A DNA stretch of 64,000 bases from Eutreptiella sp. 'Long Island Sound 2002'. Lineage: Eukaryota > Protista > Euglenida. This document shows positions 24,663 to 37,960 of this stretch, one piece after another. The position numbers were made by a program, and so were the translations under genes. How positions within the stretch are numbered: the first letter of the stretch is position 1; each line of letters opens with the position of its first letter. The DNA lies in the NCBI GenBank assembly GCA_964036045.1, contig OZ038378.1:158658001-158722000 (forward strand), in the 5' to 3' direction. The notes under the pieces were generated by a model. The model made no database searches. It worked only from the letters and a program-made list of their open reading frames with translations, and had not been told where the DNA came from.

Positions 24663-26651
24663 CGCAGAAGGCCAACGACTGTGGGGGCCCTAAACCTTAG
24701 GCTCACAACGCCTCGCACAGAACATGCACAAGAAGATGAAATGCCATTGTGAATTGTGTGTGACGCCCAGGTATATGCAAGACCGAATAGCGTTCGCTGT
24801 CGTGCATCACCTCTCTATGGCTCTGTTCGCACTGCAGCAATGTTTGCATTCACCGCCCCGGGCAGCTGTGTGCTGGGCGCCCCGAAAAATGGGGTACCCA
24901 GCGGGAGGAAGGGGGGGGGGAGGGGCAAACCAAAAAACTCATAGGGGGATATATCTGTCCGAAAATGATGAATGTCCGAAAATGATTGCCATACCTTGCG
25001 TTATCCTATGCGAACGACCCCAAGGGCCATGAGCAATGGATACTGAGCTCGCACATACCCCCGCGTCACAGGCATATGGTCATAGCTACGATTCTCAGTT
25101 CATTGTTTTGACTTGCTGCACTGCAGCGCAAACCAGATCAGTGCCGAATGTTGCCTTGACCCCAACGGGGGGGCGGGGCATATGGCGCCCGCCCCTGCGC
25201 TTGATCTAATCACCCTCCTCGAGGTGATTTTTGCGACCATTCTTGACCCCCCCAATATGTTTTTTGACACCTTTGGGGCCCCGAAAAGGAATTCGGTGTC
25301 TTCGCTTCGGACGGAGAAGGGGACCCAATGCCACTTTCTTGTGGCTTCGCGATGTACTTCAGTGAACTTGGTCCTTCTTTAGGCAATTCCTTGCACCGCG
25401 TCTTGCTTCACATGTGTACGGTAGGGATGGATGCAATGTGTCTTTAACTTGGTGGGGGGTGGGGGATGGTGCTCTGGAGGGCACAGAAGGGACGATTTAC
25501 GCTGTACGTAATGGTCTGTCTGGGATTGTTTGCTGTCTTTGACAGCTCACGGCACTTACCGCACGGAGTAGGCCAGCCGACCTCCATATTTTGGCCATCC
25601 TTCAGGGGCCGTGAGCGTAAGGACCCCCAAACGTGTGGTGTGTCATTCATGTCCACAAAACGCACCGCGCCCTCCGTTTCTATAAATACACCGGCAAATG
25701 TGTGCACAGGAATAGCCCCATCACGACACCAACAGGACCATCCCAAAGGCACAAAGCACACCTAAAGCCTCCGGTGATGCAGGGCCTTGTGCTACCATGG
25801 CCTGCAACTCGTCCTCCTCCCCCGTGCCCGTGGTCCTCAACATCCTCCATCGCTGCCCGGGCCGGCCCCTGCAACCCCACATGAACAGCAACCCCACCAT
25901 CACGAAGCACCGCTCCATGGGCCATGCAATGGTGCACGGTATCCCCCACGGCCCCCAACACCACGTGGCCGTTGCTTTGACGGCCGAAGGGCCAGTGCCA
26001 AGCGACTGGTCTGGTACCACCGCCGTGGCCCTGGGGCTTTGTGTTTGAGGACTGGAGGATTTGTGGTGTGCGTGCGCGGCTGGTCGTGTCGCGGCGTTCA
26101 CAGCGGTCGGCAGTGACTTGACGCCCATCGTGAGCACTGAGGGCGAGGGAGCGTTGTTGTGTGATACGAGAGCCAACACCAGAACAAGTACCACCGCCGT
26201 GCGAAGGGTCCAGCGTGGCGGCACTGCGCAACGGCTGTGCGGAGTGCGCACACGGCACAGCGTCGCTGGCTGAGCACATGGCCTTAACATGACATGCTGC
26301 TGGCATTCCATGCTCAGAAACATCGGGGACAAGTGGAGGAGAGATCAACCTGAAGAGAGATATGCCTTTTGACTGCAAAGCCCCCAGCTCCATGTTCAAG
26401 AACAGGGGCTGCTCAACACAGTTGGGACGTCGAGAACAACACACCACATCATCCAGCAACATCGGGCCCGATGTGAATGACTCCTAATTCGGAAAAGGTG
26501 AGCCAGGCACCGCACATCACAAAGAAAACACGCAACGTCAGAGGAAGTCCTGCAACCCCCAGAGTAGAGAGGAGTGCACTGGCTACATCGGGCCCCACTA
26601 TGGGAACAACTCAAGCTACACGATGCATGCCGTATCGGGCCACAGAAGGAC

Positions 26652-26917
26652 GAGCAAGCTTTAAATAAACAGTGGCGAAAGGCCATTTGACCAGTGACCA
26701 GTTCGTTGTTCATTTTGCTATAAAATGTTTGTTTTTTCCCCTAGCTTTTTGACAAACTGTTTACAAAAATGCACTTTTCCTGGTTCTTGTCTCCCCTGTT
26801 CGGATCCTTCCATGGCAATTTCATGGGAAACAATTTCTTGCATGCCATAGGTGCTATTTATCTGTGTAAATTTTCTGCGGATATGGGTCTGGTGTTTTTT
26901 TTTGTTCCTGGTGCTCA

Positions 26918-26955
<38 letters not shown>

Positions 26956-27950
26956 CACAGTGGGTGGCATCCATGTGTGTATTCTGCGGATATGGGTCAG
27001 GTGTTTCTTTTTCCTTCTTTCTTGACATCACTGTTCCTTTTTGGAAAAAGTCTGATGGCATGAAATTTATTTCACAATGGTTTCTATTGGTCGCTGTTTA
27101 TTAGTGGGACATTTTCCAGAGAGCCTTGTACATTTTTTGGAGGAGGTTGTTCATGGTCGGATGTTGCACGGGACATTTTCCAACCACCCTGTATATTTTT
27201 GGGACATTTTCCAGAGAGCCTTGTATACTTTTTGGAGGCCGCTATTCTTGATGTAACGTTGTTGCACGATGCTGTTTATTTATGGGACATTTTCCAGCGA
27301 GCCTTATATACTTTTTGGAGGCCGCTATTCTTGATGTAATGTTGTTGCACGCTGCTGTTTATTTTTGGGACATTTTTCAGAGAGCCCTGTACACTTTTTT
27401 GATGCCACTGTTCGTGCTCTGATGTTGGCTGCATGTTGCTGTTTTTCTTGTAGGGGCATTTTCCAGTTGAGCCCTTTTCCCAAAAGCCCCCCCCAACGCA
27501 GATTTTGGGGGCTCTGTTGACCCCCCTCCCCTCCAATTAAAAACCCGACTTCCCGCTGCGACACTTGGGAAGTGCATCCAATTGGCACCTTCGGATTCAA
27601 TTGGGTTGAGTGGGTGCACCTATACATCACAACCCATCCCAAGGATTGGATAGGGGAAAGTGTGTGAAGAGTATCCAAGATTAGAAGAGAGAAAGAAATT
27701 GCACAACAAAAGGGGCTAAAACCTTCCGTAAACAATGCACAGAACACCATCATAGGACCATCAATAGACAATGGTGGCTGCTGAAAACCGACGGTGCTGA
27801 GAAAGACACAAAGAATTATAGTGGTCACCGATGGTGGACAGAATGGGCAGGGAAAAACGACCCTGACACAAACCCAAAATGGCAAGAAACAAACAAAATG
27901 CACACCAAGGCAGCCCAAAACCTTCACCAAGCAGTGCAAGAACATCAAAA
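26652..27950. repeat. ~1.3-kb dispersed repeat, copy 2 (contains a (TG)n tract)
   Basis: See copy 1 at 12685-15070. Confidence 0.9.
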
Positions 27951-28072
27951 AAACAAACAATTATACATCAATATACATCAATGTATGACGTACCCAAAAT
28001 TCAACGTTTTCGGAAAATATACGTATATACATGTATATTTTTGATTTGACTAGTGGCACGACTAGCGTTTAA

Positions 28073-28915
28073 TTACAGCTTGCTCATGTGTTTTCTGGTG
28101 GAGTTGACAGCGGTGCTAAAACCTTCGCTATTGCTGCCGTAAGATTTAGTGGAGGAATCTATCATGTAGTTGATCAGGTTGTCCGCCCTGAGCGATTCGA
28201 TTGCAGAGAAGTTACCCGCAGTGTCTGTCATCTCCGGATCGAGAAAATCAATTATGTGCGACAGCCTCCGTGGTGTGAGGTCCCTGCTGAGTCCTTGATT
28301 CTCCCCTTGTATGAACAGCAGGGGCGTAAATTCATTGGAGGGCATGAGAGGGGTGGGTTCCACTCCCATTTTCAGTGTTGCACTGCAGCCCCCCACCCCC
28401 CTTCCAGGGGGGACCAAAGGGGTGTGGGGGGCACCCAAATGGCCGATTCATGGTGCGGCACAAAGGTGAGGACAACCACCCGCACTCCGCCAAATGATCC
28501 GCTCTGTCGTTTCCCTCTAGTTCAAACGGGCTGGGTACTTCAACCGAAGCCAAGGGGGCCTCCAGGAGTCTCAGGAGTCTCAGTATTTCCATCTAGAAAT
28601 CAACATTGATGACTGGGCCTTCGGAGGTGACCCAACGCTTTGCCTGCCACGTCATGGCTGAGCCTTGTAGGCTGTTGTGGACATACGCAGAATCCACGGC
28701 TACTGCCAACTTTAACCAAAGGCAGTGGTAGTATTTGAATGTATCTATAACTACTTGTAGCTCCGCCCCATTCACTGTCTGCTTAGATTGAGCGACAGGA
28801 AAGAGGAGAGTTCCCATCCCCCCGGTTCATGGCCCCCACAACCAGCAATCCACCCAACCTTGGGCTCCCACTTGGAAAAGCCGTCTGTATACACAATGGT
28901 ATACCCGTATGTTAC
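28073..28915 (-). pseudogene. Decayed 3' end of a non-LTR retrotransposon ORF2 with RNase H domain
   Basis: All RNase HI motifs present across broken frames: IVYTDG (~28881-28898), QTVNGAEL, VAVDSAYV, W..KRWVTSEGPVINVDF, EGNDRADHLA (~28489-28518). Confidence 0.8.
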
Positions 28916-28924
28916 AGCTGCCCT

Positions 28925-30520
28925 GCCTAGTTGCCTCGTTAGGTGCCTTGCTAGGTGCCACACTTCGCTAGGCGCCAAGCTCGGTGCCTCGCTATGTGCC
29001 TCGCTAGGCGCCTCGCTAGGTGCCTCGTTAGGTGCCTCAGTAGGTGCCTCGCTCAGTGCCTCGCTGGGTGCCTCGCTAGGTGGCTTGCTAGGTGCCTCGC
29101 TAGGTGCCTCACTAGGTGCCTCGCTTGGTGCCTCGCTAGGTGACTCGCTCGGTGCCTCGCAAGGTGCCTCGCTAAATGCCTCGCTAGGCGCTTCGTTGTG
29201 TGCCTCACTAGGTTAACGAGGCCTCGCTAGGTGCCTCCCTAGGTGCCTCGCTTGGTGCCTCGCTAGGTGCCTCGCTAGGTGCCTCGCTAGGTGCCTCGCT
29301 AGGTGCCTCACTAAGCACCTCGCTAGGTGCCTCACTAGGTGCCTCGCTAGGTGCCTCACTGAGTGGCTTGCTAGGTGCCTCACTAGGTGCCTCGCCCGGT
29401 GCCTCGCAAGGTGCCTTGCGAAATGCCTCGCTAGGCGCTTCGCTGCGCGCCTCACTAGGTTAACGAGGCCTCGCTAGGTGCCTCCCTAGGTGCCTCGCTT
29501 GGTGCCTCGCTAGGTGCCTCGCTAGGTGCCTAGCTAGGTGCCTCGTTTTGTGCCTCGCTTTGTGCCTGGCGAGGTGCCTCGCTAGGTGCCTCGCTAGGTG
29601 CCTCACTAAGCACCTCGCTAGGTGCCTCACTAGGTGCCTCACTCGGTGCCTCGCTCGGTGACTCGTTCGCTGCCTCGCTAGGTGCCTGGCTAGGTGCCTC
29701 ACTTGGTGCCTGGCTAGGTGCCTCGCAAGGTGCCTCGCTCACTGCCTCGCTAGGTGCCTCGCTAAGTGCCTCGCTAGGTGGCTAGCTAGGTGACACGCTA
29801 GGTGCCTTGCTAGGTGCCTTGCTGGGTGCCTCGCTAGGTGCCTCGCTAGGTGCCTCGCTGGGTGCCTCGCTAGGTGCCTCGCTAGGTGACTCGCTAGATG
29901 CCTAGCTAGGTGACGCGCTAGGTGCCTCGCTAGGTGCCTCGCTAGGGGCCTCGCTGGGTGCCTCGCTAGGTGCCCCACTCGGTGCGTCAATGGGTGCCTC
30001 GCTAGATGCCTCACTGGGCACTTTGCTAGGTGCCTCGCTTGGTGCCTCGCTAGGTGCCTCGCTTGGTGCCTCTCAAGGTGCCTGGCTAGGTGCCTCGCAG
30101 AGTGCCTCGCTGCCTCGCTAGGTACCTCGCTAGGTACCTCGCTGGGTGCCTCGCTTGGTGCCTCACCAGCTGCCTCGCTAGGTCCCTCGCTAGGTGCCTC
30201 GCAAGGTGCCTCGCTAGGTGCCTCGCCAGGTGCCTTGCAAAGTGCATTGCTAGGTGCCTCGCTTGGTGCCTCACCAGGTGCCTCGCTAGGTCCCTCGCTA
30301 GGTGCCTCGCAAGGTGCCTCGCTAGGTGCCTCGCCAGGTGCCTTGCAAAGTGCATTGCTAGGTGCCTTGCTCGGCACCTGGCTAGGTTCGTCGCTAGGTG
30401 CCTCGCTAGGTGCCTCGCTAGGTTCGTCGCAAGGTGCCTCGCTGGGTGCCTCGCTCAGTGCCTAGCTAGGTGCCTTGCTGGGTGCCCCGCTAGGTGCCTG
30501 GCTAGTTGCCTGGCTAGGTG
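28925..30520. repeat. 12-bp satellite (ctaggtgcctcg)n, ~1.6 kb
   Basis: Directly visible, with internal block duplications (e.g. ...cactaggttaacgaggcctcg at ~29205 and ~29450). Confidence 0.97.
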
Positions 30521-33458
30521 AAAAAAACAGAGTATGAGAACGGTGGAGAGAATACTATGGAACCAAAGAATCACCGCACAGCGTTGGAGGTTGATGGCAA
30601 GGGTTTTCCGCAGTGAAGCTCAAAAACTATTGATTCCTAAGGATGATTTATCCCATTCAACAACGTTGGTTTTGTTTGTACACAGCGAGAGCATGAGAAA
30701 ACGTCAGTGCACTAGGCATGTGTCAGGCATCTTTTCAGACCTAAGTGCCCCAACACAGCACTATACCAAGTGCTATCCCAGAATTCCCCACTTTGGGGAC
30801 CCCGAGAAGGCAGGACTTGTGTGTCCACTTTCATCCCCACTCCCTCTGAGCCTGCCCAAGAAGGTGGGCTTTATGCAGAAACTTCAATTCCCCAGCTCTG
30901 GGGACCGCGAGAATGCAAGGATTACGGTGCCATTTTTATTCCTTTCCTTGATTCCTGCCCAGGGGTTTGGCAGTTTCACAGTGATGGCCTATGAAAATAA
31001 TGAATGGAAGTGACTGTAGTTTTGTATCCAGCACTCATTGCGATTGTGCAATGTCACAAATCAAGTTTTACCACCGCTCAATATCGCCAATGCACAGCAC
31101 TGGACATTCATTTTTCGCATGCAACACAAAGCGTGGCACATGTTTGCTTGTCAATATGCATGTGACATGTGAGCCCAAATTGCTCTCAAAATGTCTGCAA
31201 CATTGTTTGTGAAGCCACAGGGGGCAACACGCACGCTGGTATGCCCACAAAATGGTGTGCAAAGCGTGCCGAGAGCCACAGAGCTGAATGCCCGCACAAC
31301 TTCCCGCAAAGCTCAAGCAAGCGCATTGAGTCTGCTTGCTTGTGAAGGCCCGGGCACAACAATAGGGCAAAATGCCCACAAAGGCGTGGAAGCACCAAAT
31401 TTCCTGTGCATGCAACACACGAAATCCAGCAGTTGTATTTGTGTACAGCTTGTCGAGTATTTCAAACCTACAATGTGCCAAGCAATTGGACACACATGTG
31501 TGCGGGTGATTTTGGGCGCCATGCACATTGTCAACCCGAGAATGCACGTTGGGGGTCCCTCTGAAATAGACTGCACACTTTCCCAGACCACCAAAAGGGC
31601 GCACACCAGGCTTTTCAGATACTTGTGGACCCTCAGTCTTCCCCCCACATGTGGAGGGCACAAGCTACAAGGACACACACAGGGAGGAGGAGAGTGCTCT
31701 CAATGGAAAATTTGCTTGCAAAACCATTGTGTACAGCGTTGACTGGCCCATTTTTCCCGCGAATTCGTTTTTTGGTTGTGTTTTGTGGAATAATGATACA
31801 ACATTTCTTTCGCTGAGATACTCAACATCTGAAAATGCATCTCTTATCCTGCAGATGTGAGCCGGGAAAATGTACTTCACATTTCACATTTTGTTTGTGA
31901 CCAATTGATGCCATCAACCTTCTCTGAACCGCTCACACATCAATAAAAGATCTGTGACCACGTTCCAAGATTTTGGTGGAAAAAAAGGTTTATAACAATA
32001 GATCAAAGATTGTCTGCTTTGAGTAATTCTGCCTCCCAGACAACACGAAAACAAAGTAAAAAAAACAACGATAGGAAAATGATGCGGACCATGTCCAAAA
32101 CGGTTGGAAAATTTTCACATTGACTTGGTATCATGGCAACTACAATCAGCTGTTGGAGGTTTCTCCCCACCCTGCCAGCAGCCGTCCTCACCCCATACTG
32201 TAAAAGGTAGGACAAGCCTGATTGTTGTTATTTGTTTGATTACTGATTGCTGGGATTGAAGAAATCATTTGCCATTTGGCAGGCTTATCACTGTCTGCAC
32301 CAGCAATGTGAGCAGTCCGTCTTGTTACAACGTGTCGCCTTGCCAGGAGCACTTTATGAAACAGGAGGGGTAGCAGAGCATGAAAGCACACATAATGTCG
32401 GAAATTCCTGGTCGCCTGTTTCTCGGCCTCAGGGGCAAGTTATTGTGATGGTATGTGAAAAATCAGGATTGAAAACACACAGGCCGAAATAGGAACATGG
32501 TTAGCACCCACATGCTGAATGCACAGCCAGCTGTTGCCTCTAATTCCACCGGTTACTGGCAACTGCCTATGAACCGAGCTATACACCACTCAAATATCAA
32601 TAGCAATCTCAAACAAACACGTCTTCAAAATTAGCTGCCATCAAGTGCACAAAATAGCGATGTCCACCACCTGTCCAGCCGATCTGGCGGACCTACCCGC
32701 ACATTCATCCTCATGAGAAAAATGGGTGCTGGGAGACGCCTGAAAGCAGTTTGGAGAATGTCTGCATGATTCTGGTCGGTGGAGGCAATACAACACGCAC
32801 TAATTCCATCTCAATATTTGGGGCGGACTTTGTCGCTCGATGGCCTGCTAATGCAGTGTTGAAGCATTGCAATAACGCACAGCTGCAATATTCATGTGTG
32901 AACACAGGGAACCCGAACATGGCATACAACCCCCATCCATGCATCTGTGTGTGTGGTCCGCGAGGATGGGCCGGCTGGCCACAACACCAAAGGCGGTAAA
33001 AAGGAAAGATCTGGCCGGCACGCCCTGCACCCGAGACATGAACCCCTAGCCCCATGGAGGGGATGGCGGGCGGAGGAGTGCCTAATAACTGGGAATGCAT
33101 GACACAAAGGAGAGGTCACCCGCCACAAACTGCAAACCCCTGGCACTATTGGGCACGTTGAGAGCACCGAGGCTGTCCATGGGTAAGACATTGGGATCCT
33201 GCCACACTGCACTCCAATTCACGTGTGAAGGGTTGCATGCAACCCATTATATTGGTGTAGGGGAGTGTGTCATACACTCCCAATATGTGTGTGTGTGTGT
33301 GTGTGTGTGGAGGCATGTTTCCGCATCCTCAGCACGGCATAAATCTTGCCATGTGCCCTGCTGAACAAGGTGCGGATCACACTGGCACGCCCCTCTCACA
33401 GGAAGGAGTCAGAAGGGATGAACTCTTCAAGCTAGAGCTTTGGAACTGCAGTGGAAGC

Positions 33459-33871
33459 GAGATACGTGGAAGAAGGGTAAAAAAAAAGCACGACAAGGAA
33501 AGCAGATGTGTCCTTCAAGTGTGCTCACAGATACTGAGGCTGCAAATGGCACAGCCAAGGCCCCTCGAAAAACTCACTCGTCCACAAAGTCTGCCGCTAA
33601 AAACTGAGGCAGCCACTACGGCGACTGTCATACCTGATCCCGGGAATCAGAGACATTGATAGGACCTTCCATAACCCCGCCTCTCTTGCTGTGCCGCTGA
33701 GTGCTAAGCCAGGAGCTACCGAACTGCACCAGCCCCGGAAACAGAACAACAATGGTCTACGATGGGGCTGGTGGCTCGGCGGCCTGCACCTGCCACTGAA
33801 GATCGACAGCGTCCGGTCATGCCATTGGGTGGGGCCATCGGGCAAAACCCTCGGGTGGGTCCAGTGGGCAT
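33459..33871. repeat. Duplicated segment, copy lacking the MITE (other copy 36248-36944)
   Basis: Near-identical to 36248-36433 plus 36727-36944. Empty site gagac-ATT-gatagg at 33655-33657. Confidence 0.93.
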
Positions 33872-35964
33872 AGACACAAAGACGCTTATTACGCTGTGGC
33901 TGTGAAGACTCCAAGCAACTCCAGGTCCAAAATCGTGAATTCAGAGGGCTCTGTCGACCGGACGTACCAGACCATAACTGTGGCATTGCTGCAGCATCGC
34001 GCACGGTCTGAGCAGCCTTTACAGTGCCATGCTGTCGAGTCCTCGGCCACGAGGTCGAATGGCTGGGAGAACCGAAAGTCCAAGTGTGTCAGAGGGCGTG
34101 AAGTGCACACACACACCCCGTCAGTAATTCCAGAACGACGATGACGCGGGGTACCGCGTTTGTAGATAAGTGCAGACTTGCGCATAGCATCAGCAGATGT
34201 GCAAGAATTCCGAACGGCGCCGTCGACGCCCCATTGCCACAGGTCAACCGGTCAGCAGCAGCAGCCTCATTAGATCCTCCGAGACAGAGAACAAACGGAA
34301 CAGGACTGTTGGCCGACAAGAACGAGCCACACCGCATGATCTATGATTGGGGGTCTCGCACGCCGACGAGCCATCCTCGCGGGATCACGGTGGTGAGCTG
34401 TGTTTCGCTGACCCACACAAATAAATTTCGGGATCCGCAAGAGTCTTGAACGAGCGAACATGAGCAAATATAAGCAACAACGTCCCTGTGCATTAGTACC
34501 CCATCTCTGACAGACATCCGTTACATGGGCACTCGCCCGGGCATCACGCCTCGTCAGATCCTTGCGCGTGCCCTGCCCGTTCCCCCATTGCCCCGCCCTG
34601 CTGCCTTGCCGTGAGGGTTCTCTGTGGCCGGTGCAGCCGAAGCCGTTGCGTTTGCGATGCCTCTCTCGCGGCTTCATCTGCAAATTCCTGCCACCTCGGG
34701 CGTGTCGCTGCACCGTCACTGCTGGCCCGGCAGGGGCACGGCCGCCTGTGGCCATGATGACACTGGAGGTTGGCTGTTTGGGCCTGCGCAATCCTCGACC
34801 ATCTCCACACGAGCAGGGCGTCTTTTGAGCGGGGGTTTGGGAGGGGGGAGGGGTTTGGGGTCCAAAATTTTGTGTACCGAAAATGGCCCAACCAGATTTT
34901 CCCTTTTGTAAATTTTGTTTTTTGCCGCGATGATCACTTTGGTCTGAGGGTTGGGGGAGGGGGTTGGGGGCCTTTGGTATTCTTCTAAGGACGCCCTGCA
35001 TACGAGCCTGGATCTGAACCATGCACCACAGATGGCCAGCGAGACGGGCACGCTCTGGACCGAATTCGCAAACTTGCAAGAGTTCAGAACCGCCAAAGCA
35101 AACCTGAAATGACGCGTCCCCGAACCCCCTTTTCACAATGACTGGCAGCTTGCACCTGCCATGGCAAAGCTTTGGCGCGCTGACATGGTCCGGAACGCTC
35201 AATCATTGCATGCACCCTTTCGCGCGTGCACACACTATTACCAGCCCCCCCCCCCCCCCGTCTCAGATACGGCCAGGACCCACATTCATACGCCACCTAC
35301 CTACATCCGCACCGTGCATCTGAGACGAGACGTCAGTCAATACGATGTTGTTGAGGCACTCGGCCGCAACCGGCTCTTCTGCCGCCTGTGTTGCATCGCC
35401 CCCGATCCACAGCAAAATGGATGGCAGCCGGACGGTTGCGGGACGGTCAGCCAAACCATAGAACGAGCCGCTTGATCCAAAAAACCGGAAATGCACACAC
35501 ATCGAGGATCTTGGCCCACATCTATGAAATAGGGACCCGGTCAAAATACCCCCCGAATCAATGCGGGAGATTACGCCTTCTGTGTCTTGGAGGCGGCGCG
35601 TCTTAGACAAGGCGCGGGTACTTCCACTGACAGGGGGTCAAGCGCTTGCTGATAGTGGTCGTAGCGGTCTCCGGTGGCAGCATTCACCGACGGCGGTTGG
35701 CGTTCAACTGACGATCGCTGTTTGCCAGCGGTGCTGGTCGGCCAGCGCTGCGTTCAGTCCAGGCGTACGGGAGTCCGGCAGTCTCTGAATTCTGCTGTTT
35801 CCCTGGCCCGCGAGCAGGAGAGCCGACGCTTGCCTTCGGGTTGGGGGCGGGACGTCTGGTGAGATCATGGGCATGCGTGGGACGCGTGGGGGTCCCTGGG
35901 GAGGCCCGACCGCAGTTGGAGTGGGAGACAATCGTGACGGCAAAGTGGGGCTCATCGCGGCAGA

Positions 35965-36120
35965 ACGTCCAAACGCAATTGCGATCGGTATCAAATGCTC
36001 CTCCGGTCGCCCGCTCCCACACCCCAAGCCGGACCCCGCGGAGCCTCGTCCCGGCAACCGTAAGCGCACCCCCCGAACCAACGCCTCCCCTGTGGGAGAC
36101 AATCGTGACGGCAAAGCGGG
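35965..36120. repeat. GC-rich direct repeat (second copy ~37425-37619)
   Basis: Shared acgtccaaacgc.attgcgatcggt...ccccaagccggaccccgcggagcctcgtcccggcaaccgtaagcgca...gtgggagacaatcgtgacggcaaagcggg. Confidence 0.9.
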
Positions 36121-36433
36121 GCTCATCGCGGCGACGGGCCCATCTGGCGTGAAGGCGGTGGAGGTCCCGCCGGGGGTGCAGCGGGCCCGTTGTGCTGGTT
36201 CCGTTGGCAAAGGACTGGGGCTCCCTCTCCCCCCAAATCGTCACCGCGAGATATGTGGAAGAAGGGCGACAAGGAAAGCAGATGTGTCCTTCAAGTGTGC
36301 TCACAGATACTGAGGCTGCAAATGGCACAGCCAAGGCCCCTCGAAAAACTCACTCGTCCACAAAGTCTGCCGTTAAAAACTGAGGCAGCCACTACGGCGA
36401 CTGTCATACCTGATCCCGGGAATCAGAGACATT

Positions 36434-36726
36434 GGGGGCGTTTTTGCACAGCGCGCGCACAGCGCCAATTATTACGGTGATTGTCCAGGTAACAACCCTG
36501 AAAACCACCCACCTGTGGAATCATGCACAATCAATTCAAAACTCAAAAATTCAAACATCTGATGCTTGCCATGGGTCCCAGGGACCTAAATTCTGCCCCC
36601 TATAGCCCCGTCCACTGCAGCAGCCATTCAATGACGTCCTTTCAATCTTCTGAACTTACCGAACTCCCGGTGGTGGAGAACAGCCAACTTTTTGCACAGC
36701 GCGCACACAGCGTACAGTACGCCCCC
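36434..36726. mobile_element. PIF/Harbinger (Tourist-like) MITE, 293 bp
   Basis: TIR GGGGGCGT...ACGCCCCC, 3-bp TSD ATT (36431-33 and 36727-29), confirmed by the empty paralogous site at 33655. Confidence 0.88.
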
Positions 36727-37960
36727 ATTGATAGGACCTTCCGTAACCCCGCCTCTCTTGCTGTGCCGCTGAGTGCTGAGCCAAGGAGCTACCGAACTGC
36801 ACCAGCCCCGAAAACAGAACAACAATGGTCTACGATGGGGCTGGTGGCTCGGCGGCCTGCACCTGCCACTGAAGATCGACAGCGTCCGGTCATGCCATTG
36901 GGTGGGGCCATCGGGCAAAACCCTCGGGTGGGTCCAGTGGGCATCGTCGGACAGCCTCGCAATCCGCGTGCTCCACAACACAGACCGATCTTCGGAGAGC
37001 GGGAGGTCTCCCGGCGCCAGACCAGCCCCCGAGTGCCCGTACCCGACCCCCCAATTCCCCACCCCGACCCAAAGGCGGCCCCACACCCCTCGACGCCCCA
37101 AAGACCGACCGACCGGGGCCCTACGTGACCAGCGGACCAGCGAAGCTGCGGACCGGCTGCGCGGCCGACAGTCGCAGGAAAAGCGCGGGGCGCCCTGCGG
37201 GACGACGAAGCGTCCAGCCATCATCGACTGCACAGCCCGGCACGCAACGCAGTTTGGGCCCGGCGAGAGGCCAGCGCCTTGGCCTTGGCGACCCCGAGGC
37301 CCTCTCGTGACTTGAGGCGCGAAACCCCCGAAAGGTGGCTGCAAAAGGGCGGCAGGCCCAAAACCCGGAGCGCGAGACCACCGCCACTCCCCCAAGCGCC
37401 CCGCCACTGCACTGCACTGCGCAGGACGTCCAAACGCGATTGCGATCGGTCTCGAATGCTCCTCCGGTCGCCCGCTCCCACACCCGGGGGCACGGTCCGT
37501 GCCCCCGGGTGTGGGGCGGCCCCAAGCCGGACCCCGCGGAGCCTCGTCCCGGCAACCGTAAGCGCATCCCCCGAACCAACGCCTCCCCTGTGGGAGACAA
37601 TCGTGACGGCAAAGCGGGCAGCCGCACCGCACACAAAGACAAATCCTGTTGCACACAAGACGTCACACCGCCACGACGGGATCAACCGCTCGTGTTGCCT
37701 GGGCAACGCAGGGGGGGGGGGGGATGCGGTAACCGCCCCAGCCGAGGCGGGAGGGGGTTTGGCTGTTGCGTATTTGTGGATCTCGTGCGACTTCCAAATC
37801 CTACAACCCACACCTCCCCCGTACTGTTGCACGAGGCGACGAGGGCGGCTGGTGTCGTGCGCAATCCCCGCCGGCGGCCAGTGCCTGCCCACCGCCTGCG
37901 CCTCCAAAATTTGCCCGAAACCGCCGTGTGGCCCCGTCACCACCTTCGCTGCCATACACG

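Noticed and set aside
28955-30521. ARHL/EAPS/LGAS repeat ORFs
   Set aside because: Translations of the 12-bp satellite.
35300-35520. Possible KDZ/Kyakuja-type transposase remnant (FCRLC...SQTIER)
   Set aside because: Too short and frameshifted; catalytic residues not identifiable.
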